Source of the DNA: Candidatus Levyibacteriota bacterium | GTDB taxonomy: Bacteria; Patescibacteriota; Microgenomatia; Levybacterales; UBA12049 | Direction: 5' to 3' | DNA: 64,000 nt | Assembly (NCBI GenBank): GCA_016214555.1 | Contig: JACROF010000002.1 | Span: 136,125 to 200,124, forward strand | In this document: positions 18,372-28,599 of the stretch, piece after piece | How the letters are laid out: each line of letters opens with the position of its first letter | Numbering within the stretch: the first letter of the stretch is position 1 | The notes under the pieces: generated by a model | The model's database searches: none | Seen by the model: the letters and a program-made list of their open reading frames with translations, nothing else | Told to the model about the DNA's origin: nothing | Program-made: the position numbers and the translations under genes

Positions 18372-18920
18372 TTAAAAATACAATGTTAACTTTACTTGAA
18401 AAGACTTAATTTGCTGGTCTTGATCCTTTACAGCTTCCAGCAAGTTGACGTATACACGCTGAAAGGGTGTTCCTTTTTCAACCAGCTTTGAAAGTGACAA
18501 AAAATACTCTTCTATAGATTCAAGTGATGGAGAACTCACCGTAATATTGACACTTTCCTTTTCAACAGTAAACTCTGTCAAATCAGTTCCTGCTGGCAAT
18601 ATGTCTCTTAGCGCTTGAAGATAATCTCCGTAATGGGATCTTTTTGAGATAATAGTCTTTACATCAGACAACCTAATAACAGCGAGTGTTACATTGACAA
18701 TCTTAGCATCTGATGTTTTCAACGTATTCTCTAATTCTTTCTCTTTAGCAGCTAAGGAAGGGAGAGGGGAGGAGATAACAAGGAGAAACAAAACCACCGA
18801 AGTAGCACCAACCAAAAAAAGGAGACCAACAGCACCCATCCTTACTACTCTTGCTCTTGATGCAGATGCATTAAGTATTTGCTGTTTTTTGCTATAAAGT
18901 AAATTGATTTCGTTATTCAT
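18372..18920 (-). CDS. pilN: type IV pilus alignment protein, PilN-like
   Basis: N-terminal INLL motif + TM helix; directly after pilM. Confidence 0.7.
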   Translation of the reverse strand: MNNEINLLYSKKQQILNASASRARVVRMGAVGLLFLVGATSVVLFLLVISSPLPSLAAKEKELENTLKTSDAKIVNVTLAVIRLSDVKTIISKRSHYGDYLQALRDILPAGTDLTEFTVEKESVNITVSSPSLESIEEYFLSLSKLVEKGTPFQRVYVNLLEAVKDQDQQIKSFQVKLTLYF

Positions 18921-19941
18921 CAGTTCGCATCGCCAGTCCAAGTGCGACGGAAAATCGAGGACCTTGCTCTAATAATTCAGGAGAGATACCCGCAACTTGA
19001 TGAATTTTCCATGGATTTCCGATGATGGTCTCAAGCCCTGTATTGCGAGCAACAAAAAGATCAATCCCAGGTAAAAGCGAAGAACCACCCGTGAGAATAA
19101 CTTGCGAAAGAGGATTGTCATTTTTATTCTTGTCTGCGTAATAGGCGATTGCTTTTTTGATTTCAGAAAGAATACTTAACAAGATCGGCTGCAATGCCTG
19201 ACTAATTTTACCCCCTAAGTTTTGGTCATTGATTCCGTATGTCTTTTTGTATTCCTCAGCTTGCGTTGGTGTGAAACCAAAATTTGATGCTATCGCTCGA
19301 TCCATAGCCAATCCCCCAAGGGGGACAGAGTATGTAAAAACCACAATCCCATTTTGGACAATGGCAAGCGAAGTACTCAACGCTCCAATATTGACAACAA
19401 GGAGTACTGAAGCAGCATTAGAGGGTACAAGTGCTCTGACAACTGAGATAATCTCTGTCTCAATCGCAGTGATTGTTAGTCCTGTCATCTCAAAAATCTG
19501 TTGATATCTATGAACAAGTGTATTGGGAGCACCAACCAAGAGAACCTGCATTTTTGAACTAAGTTGATCAGAAATATTCCTTTTCACCACTTTATAATCA
19601 AGTGCCATAGTTTTTAGAGGAGCTGGAATATGCTGCTCAGCTTCCCAGTAAATCGCAGATGAAAGCTCTTTGTCTGAGAGTTCGGGCATTTCAATAACTT
19701 TAGTGAAAACTTGATTTTCAGGAAGAGCAACATTCACGTTTTTGATCGTTACTTTTGCATCGATCATCAATTTTTGGATGGCCTGTGCCATTGCCTCCTG
19801 ATCAAAAGGCGATTCTGAAAACATTCCTTTTGCAGGTGTCACGGTCATCATGCAAGATTTTAGCATCATCCCTGATCTCTGCTTCTGCAACCAAATGAGC
19901 TTCATTGATGTTGCTCCTATGTCAAGTCCAAAACTATTCAT
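18913..19941 (-). CDS. pilM: type IV pilus assembly protein PilM
   Basis: FGLDIG, VNIGA, ILTGGSS, ALGLAMR actin-like fold. Confidence 0.92.
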   Translation of the reverse strand: MNSFGLDIGATSMKLIWLQKQRSGMMLKSCMMTVTPAKGMFSESPFDQEAMAQAIQKLMIDAKVTIKNVNVALPENQVFTKVIEMPELSDKELSSAIYWEAEQHIPAPLKTMALDYKVVKRNISDQLSSKMQVLLVGAPNTLVHRYQQIFEMTGLTITAIETEIISVVRALVPSNAASVLLVVNIGALSTSLAIVQNGIVVFTYSVPLGGLAMDRAIASNFGFTPTQAEEYKKTYGINDQNLGGKISQALQPILLSILSEIKKAIAYYADKNKNDNPLSQVILTGGSSLLPGIDLFVARNTGLETIIGNPWKIHQVAGISPELLEQGPRFSVALGLAMRTDE

Positions 19942-19942
19942 A

Positions 19943-20737
19943 TTAATGTGAAAAAATTGCTGATGGGAAAAATTCAACAGGAAGTCTTGGATAACCTTTT
20001 GTCACAATAATTTTTCGAACAGTCTCGCCTGATGTTCCAGTTGATGTAATTGACTCGCCTTGAGATGGCAATGCTACACTTCCATTTACAGCAATGATAC
20101 TTGATGCATAGATAGGGATAATTCTCATCAAAAGACCATTCGTAACAGAGATCGCATAGGTGTGTGGATAAGTTTTTCCATTTACTGAGCCTGATGAAAA
20201 ATTTGTTGTAAAATTATTTACTGCAGCCCTAGACGGACATGGGTCAAGGCTGTAGTGCGTTGATACTGGCGAAGACACAGCTCCAGAAAGAACAACTACC
20301 TCAAGCGCAGCCTGAGTATTTGATGATGAACCACTACATACTTCGTTATTTTGACCCCAGTAAATTGTCACTGTTCCTGTGTATGGGGAAGCATAGTTGG
20401 GATACGTTGAAAGCCAAACATCCGCTCCGTCATTTTTAGGCACTGCATTAAGTCCATTTATTGGCAAGTATGATCCTGAAATGGTACTTTTGGATGTTGT
20501 ATATGACGCATCGTTGGTAAGACTTCCAGTAACTGATGAGTTGGATGAATTAATAATTTTTTCAATACCTGCCTCCGCTGCAGAAAATGCTCTTTGCGAT
20601 GTTTCATCTTCTTTTGTGATACGAAGAGTGGTAATACTCCGTGAGACAACCGAAAGTCCCACAGTCAGTGTGACCACCATCACAAGAATAACAATGAGAA
20701 GAATTTGCCCTTTTTGGGGATTGGGAGGAAATTGCAT
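19943..20737 (-). CDS. PilX-like minor pilin
   Basis: KGQILL hydrophobic N-terminus, AFSAAEAGIE. Confidence 0.75.
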   Translation of the reverse strand: MQFPPNPQKGQILLIVILVMVVTLTVGLSVVSRSITTLRITKEDETSQRAFSAAEAGIEKIINSSNSSVTGSLTNDASYTTSKSTISGSYLPINGLNAVPKNDGADVWLSTYPNYASPYTGTVTIYWGQNNEVCSGSSSNTQAALEVVVLSGAVSSPVSTHYSLDPCPSRAAVNNFTTNFSSGSVNGKTYPHTYAISVTNGLLMRIIPIYASSIIAVNGSVALPSQGESITSTGTSGETVRKIIVTKGYPRLPVEFFPSAIFSH

Positions 20738-20786
20738 AGGCTCCTTCTATCGTAACAAGCAGGCAACAATTATGTCAACAAAACTC

Positions 20787-21320
20787 CTATCGAACATTTC
20801 TCATGGTTACGCTTGTTTGAAAAGTTAATGCTGAATTATTTTCTGAAAGTGAATTATTATCTTTCTTGTTAAGGGTTATTACTATAGTAAATGTTGGAAA
20901 ATCATTGGGAGTAAGCTGCTGACATGAAAAGGAACATGCTGTAACAACAACCTCATTTGGATCAAGTAGTACTGCAGAATTTGAAGATATGGTACCTGCA
21001 GTAGTATCACAAGCATAAGTGGTTTTTCTATTACTCCCATCCAAAACAGTAATTGATGAATTTACCACAGGCGTTGGGGTTGGAGCAGTATAACACGTTG
21101 AAGGAGTATCAAGAGCAGAAGCAAAACGGATTGTACGAGAGATCTGACTCATGACAAAATCTCCATTTTTCTGAATTGTGCCCATCGAATCTGATTTGCT
21201 AGCCCCGCGAAGAGTGGTAAATAAAATTCCAAACATCAGCGTTCCAACAACACCTGTTATTGCAATAACTGCCAAAAGCTCAACAAGGGTAAATCCCTTA
21301 ACTAATTTTTTTTTCTTCAT
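20787..21320 (-). CDS. minor pilin (PilW/PulJ-like)
   Basis: KGFTLVELL prepilin motif. Confidence 0.85.
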   Translation of the reverse strand: MKKKKLVKGFTLVELLAVIAITGVVGTLMFGILFTTLRGASKSDSMGTIQKNGDFVMSQISRTIRFASALDTPSTCYTAPTPTPVVNSSITVLDGSNRKTTYACDTTAGTISSNSAVLLDPNEVVVTACSFSCQQLTPNDFPTFTIVITLNKKDNNSLSENNSALTFQTSVTMRNVR

Positions 21321-21820
21321 GGAGCAGGTCTCCCTCCAAAATTTGAAAGACATGTTTCCAGTCGTGCTGAGTGGCAATAGACATTTGAACTATCTTTGCA
21401 AGAAGTATCGTTCCATGACACTGTAGAAACTACCTTTGAATAGGTTACACCTGACACTGGTGTCTGTGGCTGACAGTCTGAATAATTTTGCGTAACAGTA
21501 ACCTCTCTTACGTAGGTATTGTCTATATTAACTGGGCAAGAAGATGATTTAGGACCGCAAGTGGAACCACTCGTTGAAATAGCAGTGCAAGAGGAAGCAA
21601 CGCAGTAGCTACCACTAAGAGTTGAAAAGGTTCCCCAGTCATTATTCTTCATTTGCCTTGCAATCTCCAGCCCTTCTTGAGCAAAATCAACTGCTTTTCC
21701 CTGTTGAGAACTTTGTGTTGAGTTTTTTAGTGAATTGAGAATAATAACTGACATAGCAGCTAAGATAATTGCTCCAGCTCCTAATGCGACCATTACCTCA
21801 ACAATTGTTTGACCTTTCAT
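21317..21820 (-). CDS. minor pilin (PilV-like)
   Basis: KGQTIVEVMVAL, AQEGLE. Confidence 0.8.
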   Translation of the reverse strand: MKGQTIVEVMVALGAGAIILAAMSVIILNSLKNSTQSSQQGKAVDFAQEGLEIARQMKNNDWGTFSTLSGSYCVASSCTAISTSGSTCGPKSSSCPVNIDNTYVREVTVTQNYSDCQPQTPVSGVTYSKVVSTVSWNDTSCKDSSNVYCHSARLETCLSNFGGRPAP

Positions 21821-21822
21821 AG

Positions 21823-22326
21823 CTAATTTATAGTCACTGTTCCCCCCGATCCAACAGTAATATCTTGTGTTGTGTTGTATCCGCTAATTCTTACAAAACC
21901 AGAACCAGTTACGCCATTTGAGAGTACTTGAAATAAAAATGATGGGGAGGTGCTGCTTGAAGAAAAGCTAATATCTGATGGCAAACTTTTTGTAGAAAGC
22001 ACAGTAGTATTCCCAGAGCAAACCATTGAGAGGCGGTATGTGTTCGCCGTTGAACAATTTGATGTTGAAAGCCCACATATATCAACTCGGTATCCAATAA
22101 GAGTTCCAGTACAACTTGACGGCTTACGTTGAGACTGTGTTCTAGACTTGGCATCCCGGAGAAGCGATGCAACATCTAGGCTGGCTTGCTTCAAAACAGA
22201 GGATTTATTGTATGAAACAAAAGAAACAATACTCACAGTTGATATGATACCAATTACTGACAAAACAATAAGAAGCTCAATGAGAGTAAAGCCTTTCTTA
22301 AAAGAGGCTAGTGATCGATACTTCAT
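21823..22326 (-). CDS. minor pilin (FimT/GspH-like)
   Basis: KGFTLIELLIV. Confidence 0.85.
   Translation of the reverse strand: MKYRSLASFKKGFTLIELLIVLSVIGIISTVSIVSFVSYNKSSVLKQASLDVASLLRDAKSRTQSQRKPSSCTGTLIGYRVDICGLSTSNCSTANTYRLSMVCSGNTTVLSTKSLPSDISFSSSSTSPSFLFQVLSNGVTGSGFVRISGYNTTQDITVGSGGTVTIN
22264..22307. repeat. 44-bp exact direct repeat, copy 1 (pilin N-terminus)
   Basis: AACAATAAGAAGCTCAATGAGAGTAAAGCCTTTCTTAAAAGAGG, identical to 22761-22804. Confidence 0.95.
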
Positions 22327-22841
22327 GGATTATTAACAACATAATATTTTCCTGAAGAACAAGTACCTCCAGAAGGGGATGGCGCTGAAGAAGTTGAGTA
22401 AGTATCCTTATCATTTGCATTTTCAAGGCATGTTGCGAGCGTATAAGTCAATCCACTGGCATCGCTTACATAATAATAATTTCCTGAGTTGTATCCTGTT
22501 GTTCCTGAAGGATCGCAAGGAACTTTACTCATGTACGTCACTGAGTTATATGTAAAAGCTTCAGAAGTCATACAAACTGTTCCCGAGTTGATACGATATG
22601 TTACGGTTCTCACAGGATATCTTGCATTGTCAGACCGAAAAAGCTCAAGAGCAGATTGAATCTGCCTGATATCAGATTTTCTTTGTGTATCTCTTGCGCG
22701 CTGCCTCACACCGACAAAATTCGCAGTAAGTAAGGTTGTTAATATGCCAATAATTGCAATAACAATAAGAAGCTCAATGAGAGTAAAGCCTTTCTTAAAA
22801 GAGGTAACGTTAGGGGTTAATATCCGGGCTTGAAACAGCAT
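22323..22841 (-). CDS. GspG-like pilin (start uncertain)
   Basis: KGFTLIELLIV, ARDTQRKSDI, ALELF..YP, PCDP. Confidence 0.85.
   Translation of the reverse strand: MLFQARILTPNVTSFKKGFTLIELLIVIAIIGILTTLLTANFVGVRQRARDTQRKSDIRQIQSALELFRSDNARYPVRTVTYRINSGTVCMTSEAFTYNSVTYMSKVPCDPSGTTGYNSGNYYYVSDASGLTYTLATCLENANDKDTYSTSSAPSPSGGTCSSGKYYVVNNP
22761..22804. repeat. 44-bp exact direct repeat, copy 2
   Basis: Identical to 22264-22307. Confidence 0.95.
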
Positions 22842-23295
22842 AATTACAGGTACCTCCACATGCTGTTGCGGAAATTCCAAACGTTGCTATCGTGGCGCAA
22901 GCTGAACCTCCGTTACATGCCTGTGGATCAACGGTTCCTCTTTCCAGACTAGCATAGACAACATAACTTTGTCCATCTGAGGAAACATAGTAAATATATT
23001 GCCTACTGCTGGTTGGATCCTTAGGCAGGACATTCATGTATGGCTGCCATGAAGTTCCCCAATCGATCAAGGCAGTTGTATAAATCTTTTGCCCTGAAGC
23101 CAATGGATATCTCCCATTGTCTTGATAGTAAGCCTCAAGACCTCTTTGAATTTGACTTAGATCTGACTTTCTTCTGCCATCATTTGCTTTAAGTACCTGC
23201 TGAGAAGGATTCACGACTGCTAAAATCGCTGTAGTAAAAATGCCAACAATTGCAACAACCAGGATAAGTTCTATGAGCGTAAAGCCTCTCTTCAT
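22810..23295 (-). CDS. GspG-like pilin
   Basis: RGFTLIELILV, DGRRKSDL, YP, PKDP. Confidence 0.88.
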   Translation of the reverse strand: MKRGFTLIELILVVAIVGIFTTAILAVVNPSQQVLKANDGRRKSDLSQIQRGLEAYYQDNGRYPLASGQKIYTTALIDWGTSWQPYMNVLPKDPTSSRQYIYYVSSDGQSYVVYASLERGTVDPQACNGGSACATIATFGISATACGGTCNYAVSSPDINP

Positions 23296-23331
23296 ACTTT
23301 AATAGTAGAGTTAATTACCATGAATTTCAAT

Positions 23332-24048
23332 CTACCTCTGACATGCACCACCACATGTTTCAGTGCAATATGTACCTGTTCCTCCAGGAACGATGTTGCA
23401 GCTAGTTGGATTTCCTGTACAAGAATAATTTTTAACAGGGCAGCTCTCAGGAGTGGGTGTTGGAGTTGGTAGAGGCGTTACAGATGTAACAACGGTAGGC
23501 GTTGGCGTTACTGAGTTGATTGAACCATTTGACAGACTTAGTGATGAAAGATAAGTACAATCAACGTTTCCCAAAACGGTACACGCCCACGTACTATCAA
23601 AATCCACAGGAACACAGCTAGAAAGTGAGGAAAGGATACATGCGCTTGTTGACGGAGTAGTGCTTAGTTTTGAAAATAAAACTGACCAGTCGGGACATGT
23701 TGATCCTGAATGTTGATAAATATAACATGTTGTCGGATCAGATGAACACTGACTGTCCTGAGGAATTCTTCTCATGTAAGTGACGCTACTTTCAATCCAG
23801 GGTTGTCCAAAATCAAGAGATGCTGGGTAACATCCATTATCATTGTAGTAAAGGTCAAGGGCAATTTTAATTTGCGCAACATCCTCTTTCCTTTTAGCAT
23901 CATGGATTCTATCAAGTTGTTTTACAGGATTAATAAAAGTAAGACTAAGATAAATAAGAGTTGCAAGAATAGTGATAACCGTCAAAAGTTCAACGAGAGT
24001 AAAACCTAAAACTCGCTGACGGAATGTTTTGATATTAAAAACCGACAT
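23332..24048 (-). CDS. GspG-like pilin with PT-rich linker and Cys-rich tail
   Basis: GFTLVELL, DAKRKEDV, TPTPTP, C-terminal Cys cluster. Confidence 0.8.
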   Translation of the reverse strand: MSVFNIKTFRQRVLGFTLVELLTVITILATLIYLSLTFINPVKQLDRIHDAKRKEDVAQIKIALDLYYNDNGCYPASLDFGQPWIESSVTYMRRIPQDSQCSSDPTTCYIYQHSGSTCPDWSVLFSKLSTTPSTSACILSSLSSCVPVDFDSTWACTVLGNVDCTYLSSLSLSNGSINSVTPTPTVVTSVTPLPTPTPTPESCPVKNYSCTGNPTSCNIVPGGTGTYCTETCGGACQR

Positions 24049-24796
24049 ATTTTGAAATAAAGTAAGCAATATGCTCACCCCATACCATCATAATAAAAGT
24101 TCCAAAGACAAGAAAGGGCCCAAAGGGAACTGTTCCACCGTGCAGCTTTTTCTTCTTAAGAGCAACAAGGAGTAAGGAAATACATGCCCCGCTAAGAAAA
24201 GATAGGTAAAGACCAAAAATTATATAAGGAAAACCTAAAATAAATCCCATTAAAAACGCAAAAATAACATCTCCAAAGCCCATTCCTCTCTTTTTTGTAA
24301 CAAGATAAATGGCATAAAAAAATGCGGCCGCACCAGATCCAGAAAGAAAATGATTTAAAAGCAAAGATGGAGTTGCTAAAAGCATCACAAGCTCTGCTAG
24401 ACATGCAAGCAAAACAAACTGAACGGGAATAATCTCAAACTCTCTGTCTGAAAAGAAGATTACTAACAAGCAAGAAGCTATAATCGACAGGACTATCATG
24501 GGAAAAAGTGAGGTTACATATAAAGCAATGCTCAGAAAAACAAAAGCAGTAATCAACTCAGATATCGGATACCAAAGAGACAATTTTTTCTTGCAATGCT
24601 TACATTTCCCTCTAAGTAATACGAAGGAAATAACAGGAATAAGCTCGCTCCATGAAAGAACTCTTGAGCAAAAATCACATTTTGATCTTCCCATGACAAA
24701 GGATCTGCCAGTTGCAGCATGCTGAGCAATAACGAGAAAAAAGCTTCCAAAAAAGAGCCCAGTGATACCAAAAAAAATTGCAGGAAGTAATTCCAT
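24035..24796 (-). CDS. pilD: prepilin peptidase (A24)
   Basis: GSF, RSKCDFC, GKCKHC, GMGFGD, PFGPFL. Confidence 0.92.
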   Translation of the reverse strand: MELLPAIFFGITGLFFGSFFLVIAQHAATGRSFVMGRSKCDFCSRVLSWSELIPVISFVLLRGKCKHCKKKLSLWYPISELITAFVFLSIALYVTSLFPMIVLSIIASCLLVIFFSDREFEIIPVQFVLLACLAELVMLLATPSLLLNHFLSGSGAAAFFYAIYLVTKKRGMGFGDVIFAFLMGFILGFPYIIFGLYLSFLSGACISLLLVALKKKKLHGGTVPFGPFLVFGTFIMMVWGEHIAYFISKYVGF

Positions 24797-24831
24797 ACAC
24801 TCAGTATAGTAGATATTTTTGATAAACAATA

Positions 24832-25998
24832 CTATGAAACCCAATAATTAAGCCCGTAGAGAATAATAAAAACAATTTGTAATGAGTAGCAAAGAAATAA
24901 CAAAGGGAAAAACAACAATGAATATTTTTTACTGTTTGTGAGAACTCCCATAAGTATGAAAAGAGGAAAAACAGGCAATAAGTACCTCATATATGACATA
25001 AAACTTCCAAATAGCGGAATAAAACCTAACAGAATTGAGTAAATAAAAATAGTTTTATTGAAAAACCTATAGATAAAAGGTAATGATATAAGAAAAATTA
25101 CAAAAAACATTCTGTCCAAAAAAGAATCTAAGTACGAATGAGGTTGTAGATGGGGAGAAAACAAGTTTTTGAGGAAAAAAATCGGATTAATGGCATTTTC
25201 CAATCTCCAACTACTTATCACACTTGATTGATCTTGAAATCCTGAAAAATAATTTCCTGTTGTCATTTGCATAAATAAAAAATAAAAAAAGACACCAAGT
25301 AACGGGATAAGAAAAACGAGAGCTTGAGGATAAAAAGTAAGATCAACTGGATCTGCAAAACTTGGCAGACGAAGCACAGTCTTTTTCTTTTTCTTATCAA
25401 ATAAGTAAAAAAGCAGTAATGGAATAATAGTTAAAATACCGACCGGTCTTGTAAAAATTAAAAAAAATACACTAAACGCTGCGATTAGATAGTTTTTTTT
25501 ATGCAAAAAATAAAAAAGAAAAAGTACAAGAAATATAAAAAGTGCTTCTGAATATACAAGTGACATAAAAAAAGAAGTTGGAAATACCATAAAAAATAAT
25601 GATGCTTTGAATGCTATGTTTTCATCAAAAAGCTCCCTTGTGAGTAAATAGAATATAAGTAATGCGAAAAAAGAAAAAATTGTTGAGCTGATAAGACCTG
25701 ACAAAAGATAATCTGGCACAAATACATGTATCCCTACAATGGTAAGAGGGTAGAGGGGGAAAAATCGATTTGATATGCTTGCTTTGCCATATCCATTCTT
25801 GGCTATATAAAGGTAGTGCATACCATCCCAAGCTTTCAGTCCCGAAAAGATAGAATGTTTTTCGTTTTGTGGAAAAATAAAATTGCTTTCGTACTTATCC
25901 TTAGCATAAGGTAGGAGAAAAGACGAACCAATAATAAAAGAAAAAATTACTATTTTTACTAAGCCATAGGTAATAAAAAGCTGCTTGATTTCTTTCAT
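24832..25998 (-). CDS. GT-C mannosyltransferase-like membrane protein (PIG-V/Mannosyl_trans2-like)
   Basis: WDGMHYLYIA..GY, FFPLYP, YSEALF, TRPVG. Confidence 0.8.
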   Translation of the reverse strand: MKEIKQLFITYGLVKIVIFSFIIGSSFLLPYAKDKYESNFIFPQNEKHSIFSGLKAWDGMHYLYIAKNGYGKASISNRFFPLYPLTIVGIHVFVPDYLLSGLISSTIFSFFALLIFYLLTRELFDENIAFKASLFFMVFPTSFFMSLVYSEALFIFLVLFLFYFLHKKNYLIAAFSVFFLIFTRPVGILTIIPLLLFYLFDKKKKKTVLRLPSFADPVDLTFYPQALVFLIPLLGVFFYFLFMQMTTGNYFSGFQDQSSVISSWRLENAINPIFFLKNLFSPHLQPHSYLDSFLDRMFFVIFLISLPFIYRFFNKTIFIYSILLGFIPLFGSFMSYMRYLLPVFPLFILMGVLTNSKKYSLLFFPLLFLCYSLQIVFIILYGLNYWVS

Positions 25999-27980
25999 TT
26001 CTCTTCCTTATTGTATTGTTTGATTGAGTCACTCAAGCTAACTCCAAAATATTTTTTAAACGTCTGACTAAGTTGATCTTTTGCCTCTTTTGAAGCATTG
26101 CAATCATCATATGACAAAGCAAGTAATAGATAGTATTTTTTATCAAATTGGTAAAGGTCAATTGCCTTTCTCAAGTTAGGAATTGCGTCGATGCAATTTT
26201 TCTTATTGGTGAGGTACAAAGCCCCGATTGTTGCATAGGCTTTTGCATATTGTTGGTCTACAGCAAGCGCTTTTTTATAGTAAGTCATTGCCAGATCAAG
26301 ATTTTCGTACTCAGATAGGAAATAATTTCCAGTCACAACAAGTGCGTTTGCGTACATCTCACTAACGCTTGGCAGCTTCATAAGGGACCAAATTTTTTCT
26401 GTTCTTTCTAAAAACTCTTCAAAAGATAATGTCTTCTCATCTTTAGACCGATACTCATAATAAAGACCATATGGTACCCATTTCCCAGAAAGAGTTTTGT
26501 CGCTAAAACGAATATCTGAAAAAATCTGATGATCTTTATCCATCTTCTCAAGAAGGGGAAAAAACTCGGAGCGCTTTGTATATCCATAACTCTTCCCGTA
26601 TCTCTCAACGACTTTCTCAGGACCTAACCCATTAAATACTTCCGTATCTTTTCTAAAATTTAGCGCATAACGAATGTACCATGTGTTAAAAAGATTTGTA
26701 TCTCCTGAAAGAAAAAGGAGTGAGTTTTTGGGCAAAACAGCAAGATAATTTTTCCCAAGATCATCACCTGAGGTAAGTTGCGATAGGTTAGTCTTTGGAA
26801 AATTATATGAAAAAAGCATAATTGGTATCAAAAGAAAAATTGCTTGAAAAAGATAAAGATACTCTTTTTTGGTAAAGAAACGCAGTAATGCTTTAGTGAA
26901 CATAAGGACTCCAAAAGGGAAAAATAGAAGAAGGATAAGCGATGAGATGCTTAAGAAGCGCTCATAAATACCAAAATAAAAACTGTTACTTAGGTAAAAT
27001 CCCGCATATAAAATAAACACTGGTCCTGAGATTAGAAAGGATAAAAAAAATGATAATGCTACTACTTTTTCTTTTTTTAAAAGGGAAGCGAAACCAAGTA
27101 TACAGAAAAAAACCACAGGAATCGTCAGCTGAGTTAGGAGAGTAATAAGGTAGGTTTTAAATACGACAAGTCTTGCTTCAAGAGTTACTCCATGAAAAAG
27201 CGCCAACTGGAAAGTGCCATATTTTTTCCGAAGAAGTAAGTCCAAAAATGATTGCAGATCCGTGACGTTTCCCCAATCAACGTGTGGCCTCTTTGATGAG
27301 GCTAAAAATGGGTAAAAATAAACCGAAAATCCTACAAGTGTGCAGATAATGACATACAGTAATATTCTTTTGTGCAGCCTAAAATCTCTCCACAGCTGAG
27401 TACCTATCATCAGTAATACTCCAGGGAAAACAAATATGATTGTATGATGATTGGTAAGAGACAAGCCAGCAACAAAAGAAAGGGCGTAGAGATATACAAT
27501 TCTCCCTTTCGCGCGATAAAAATAGGAGAGGGCAAGGAGTGAAATTGCAAAAAAATTATTCAGTTCAAAAACTTCAGCGATTTCTGCATAAAACCAAAAC
27601 AAAAAACTTGTAGCCAAGGTAAGTGAGGAAATAAGAGAAATAAGTGTGCTCCTTGTCAACTTTTGAATAAGAATAAAATAGACAAAAACAGCTAAAGCTC
27701 CAGAGAGAGCAGAAACAACTCCAACCATATATGCAGGTGTCATGTGAAAAAAAGGCCCAATGTGTACCAAAAGATTTCCAAGAACGGTAAAAAGAGGGTA
27801 TCCTGGAGGGTGAGGGACTCCGAGTATTACCGCAGAGGTCACAAGATCTCCTACATCGCCACCATAAACACTTGGTGATAAATTATGAAGATAAAGAGCC
27901 AGAACACAAACAAAAAGAGCGATGGGGATCGCTCTATAGATGGGCAATATTTTCTTTAGAGTTGAGCGCAATAGTAACAA
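25995..27980 (-). CDS. DUF2723/TMEM260-like GT-C membrane protein with C-terminal TPR
   Basis: GDVGDL, GVPHPPGYPL, AEVFELN, GLSLTNHHT, GDTN; start uncertain. Confidence 0.85.
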   Translation of the reverse strand: MLLLRSTLKKILPIYRAIPIALFVCVLALYLHNLSPSVYGGDVGDLVTSAVILGVPHPPGYPLFTVLGNLLVHIGPFFHMTPAYMVGVVSALSGALAVFVYFILIQKLTRSTLISLISSLTLATSFLFWFYAEIAEVFELNNFFAISLLALSYFYRAKGRIVYLYALSFVAGLSLTNHHTIIFVFPGVLLMIGTQLWRDFRLHKRILLYVIICTLVGFSVYFYPFLASSKRPHVDWGNVTDLQSFLDLLLRKKYGTFQLALFHGVTLEARLVVFKTYLITLLTQLTIPVVFFCILGFASLLKKEKVVALSFFLSFLISGPVFILYAGFYLSNSFYFGIYERFLSISSLILLLFFPFGVLMFTKALLRFFTKKEYLYLFQAIFLLIPIMLFSYNFPKTNLSQLTSGDDLGKNYLAVLPKNSLLFLSGDTNLFNTWYIRYALNFRKDTEVFNGLGPEKVVERYGKSYGYTKRSEFFPLLEKMDKDHQIFSDIRFSDKTLSGKWVPYGLYYEYRSKDEKTLSFEEFLERTEKIWSLMKLPSVSEMYANALVVTGNYFLSEYENLDLAMTYYKKALAVDQQYAKAYATIGALYLTNKKNCIDAIPNLRKAIDLYQFDKKYYLLLALSYDDCNASKEAKDQLSQTFKKYFGVSLSDSIKQYNKEEK

Positions 27981-28510
27981 TTTGTTGCTCCAGTAGAGCT
28001 AGTTTCAGAGATACAGCCAGCTACACTTACACCTGTTGCGTCATAATGTGTATTGATATCTCTTTGACCTGATTTTGATTGAGGTTGATAGCATGCAGTA
28101 ATAGTATTTGAATTTCCGAAAACAACGATCTCTTTAGTAATATTGGTTGCTGTAGTATAGGTTGGTTTCAATTCACCATCTGCAACAAGCGCATTAACAC
28201 AAGTAGATCCAGCACCACCTAACGTATCTGCAGATGCGCTTCCATCATTTCCACTACATCCTGCATAGCCGCCACCAGCATTTGCTGTATCAGCCCAAGG
28301 CATACCATTGTGGGTAGTGAAATAGCGAAGATTTGCATTGAGGTACTCGACCATACTATTTTTAACATTTGAATCCTGTGCTTTTTTTAGTTGCTCAAAA
28401 GGATCAATTGTTGCGATAAGTGCAGTTGCGAGGATACCTAAAATTCCGATAACAACGAGAAGTTCAATGAGTGTAAAACCTTTTTGTAATGTTTTTCGAG
28501 CAGTCGTCAT
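27956..28510 (-). CDS. type IV pilin (probable major pilin)
   Basis: KGFTLIELLVVIGILGILA; directly after pilC. Confidence 0.85.
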   Translation of the reverse strand: MTTARKTLQKGFTLIELLVVIGILGILATALIATIDPFEQLKKAQDSNVKNSMVEYLNANLRYFTTHNGMPWADTANAGGGYAGCSGNDGSASADTLGGAGSTCVNALVADGELKPTYTTATNITKEIVVFGNSNTITACYQPQSKSGQRDINTHYDATGVSVAGCISETSSTGATNCYYCAQL

Positions 28511-28599
28511 ATTTGTTCTCTAAATCAATTATTGGCAGGAAAGAAAATGTTTGTCAAGTACTAAAAATAACAATTTTTGAAGCCAAAATAAAATTGCTA

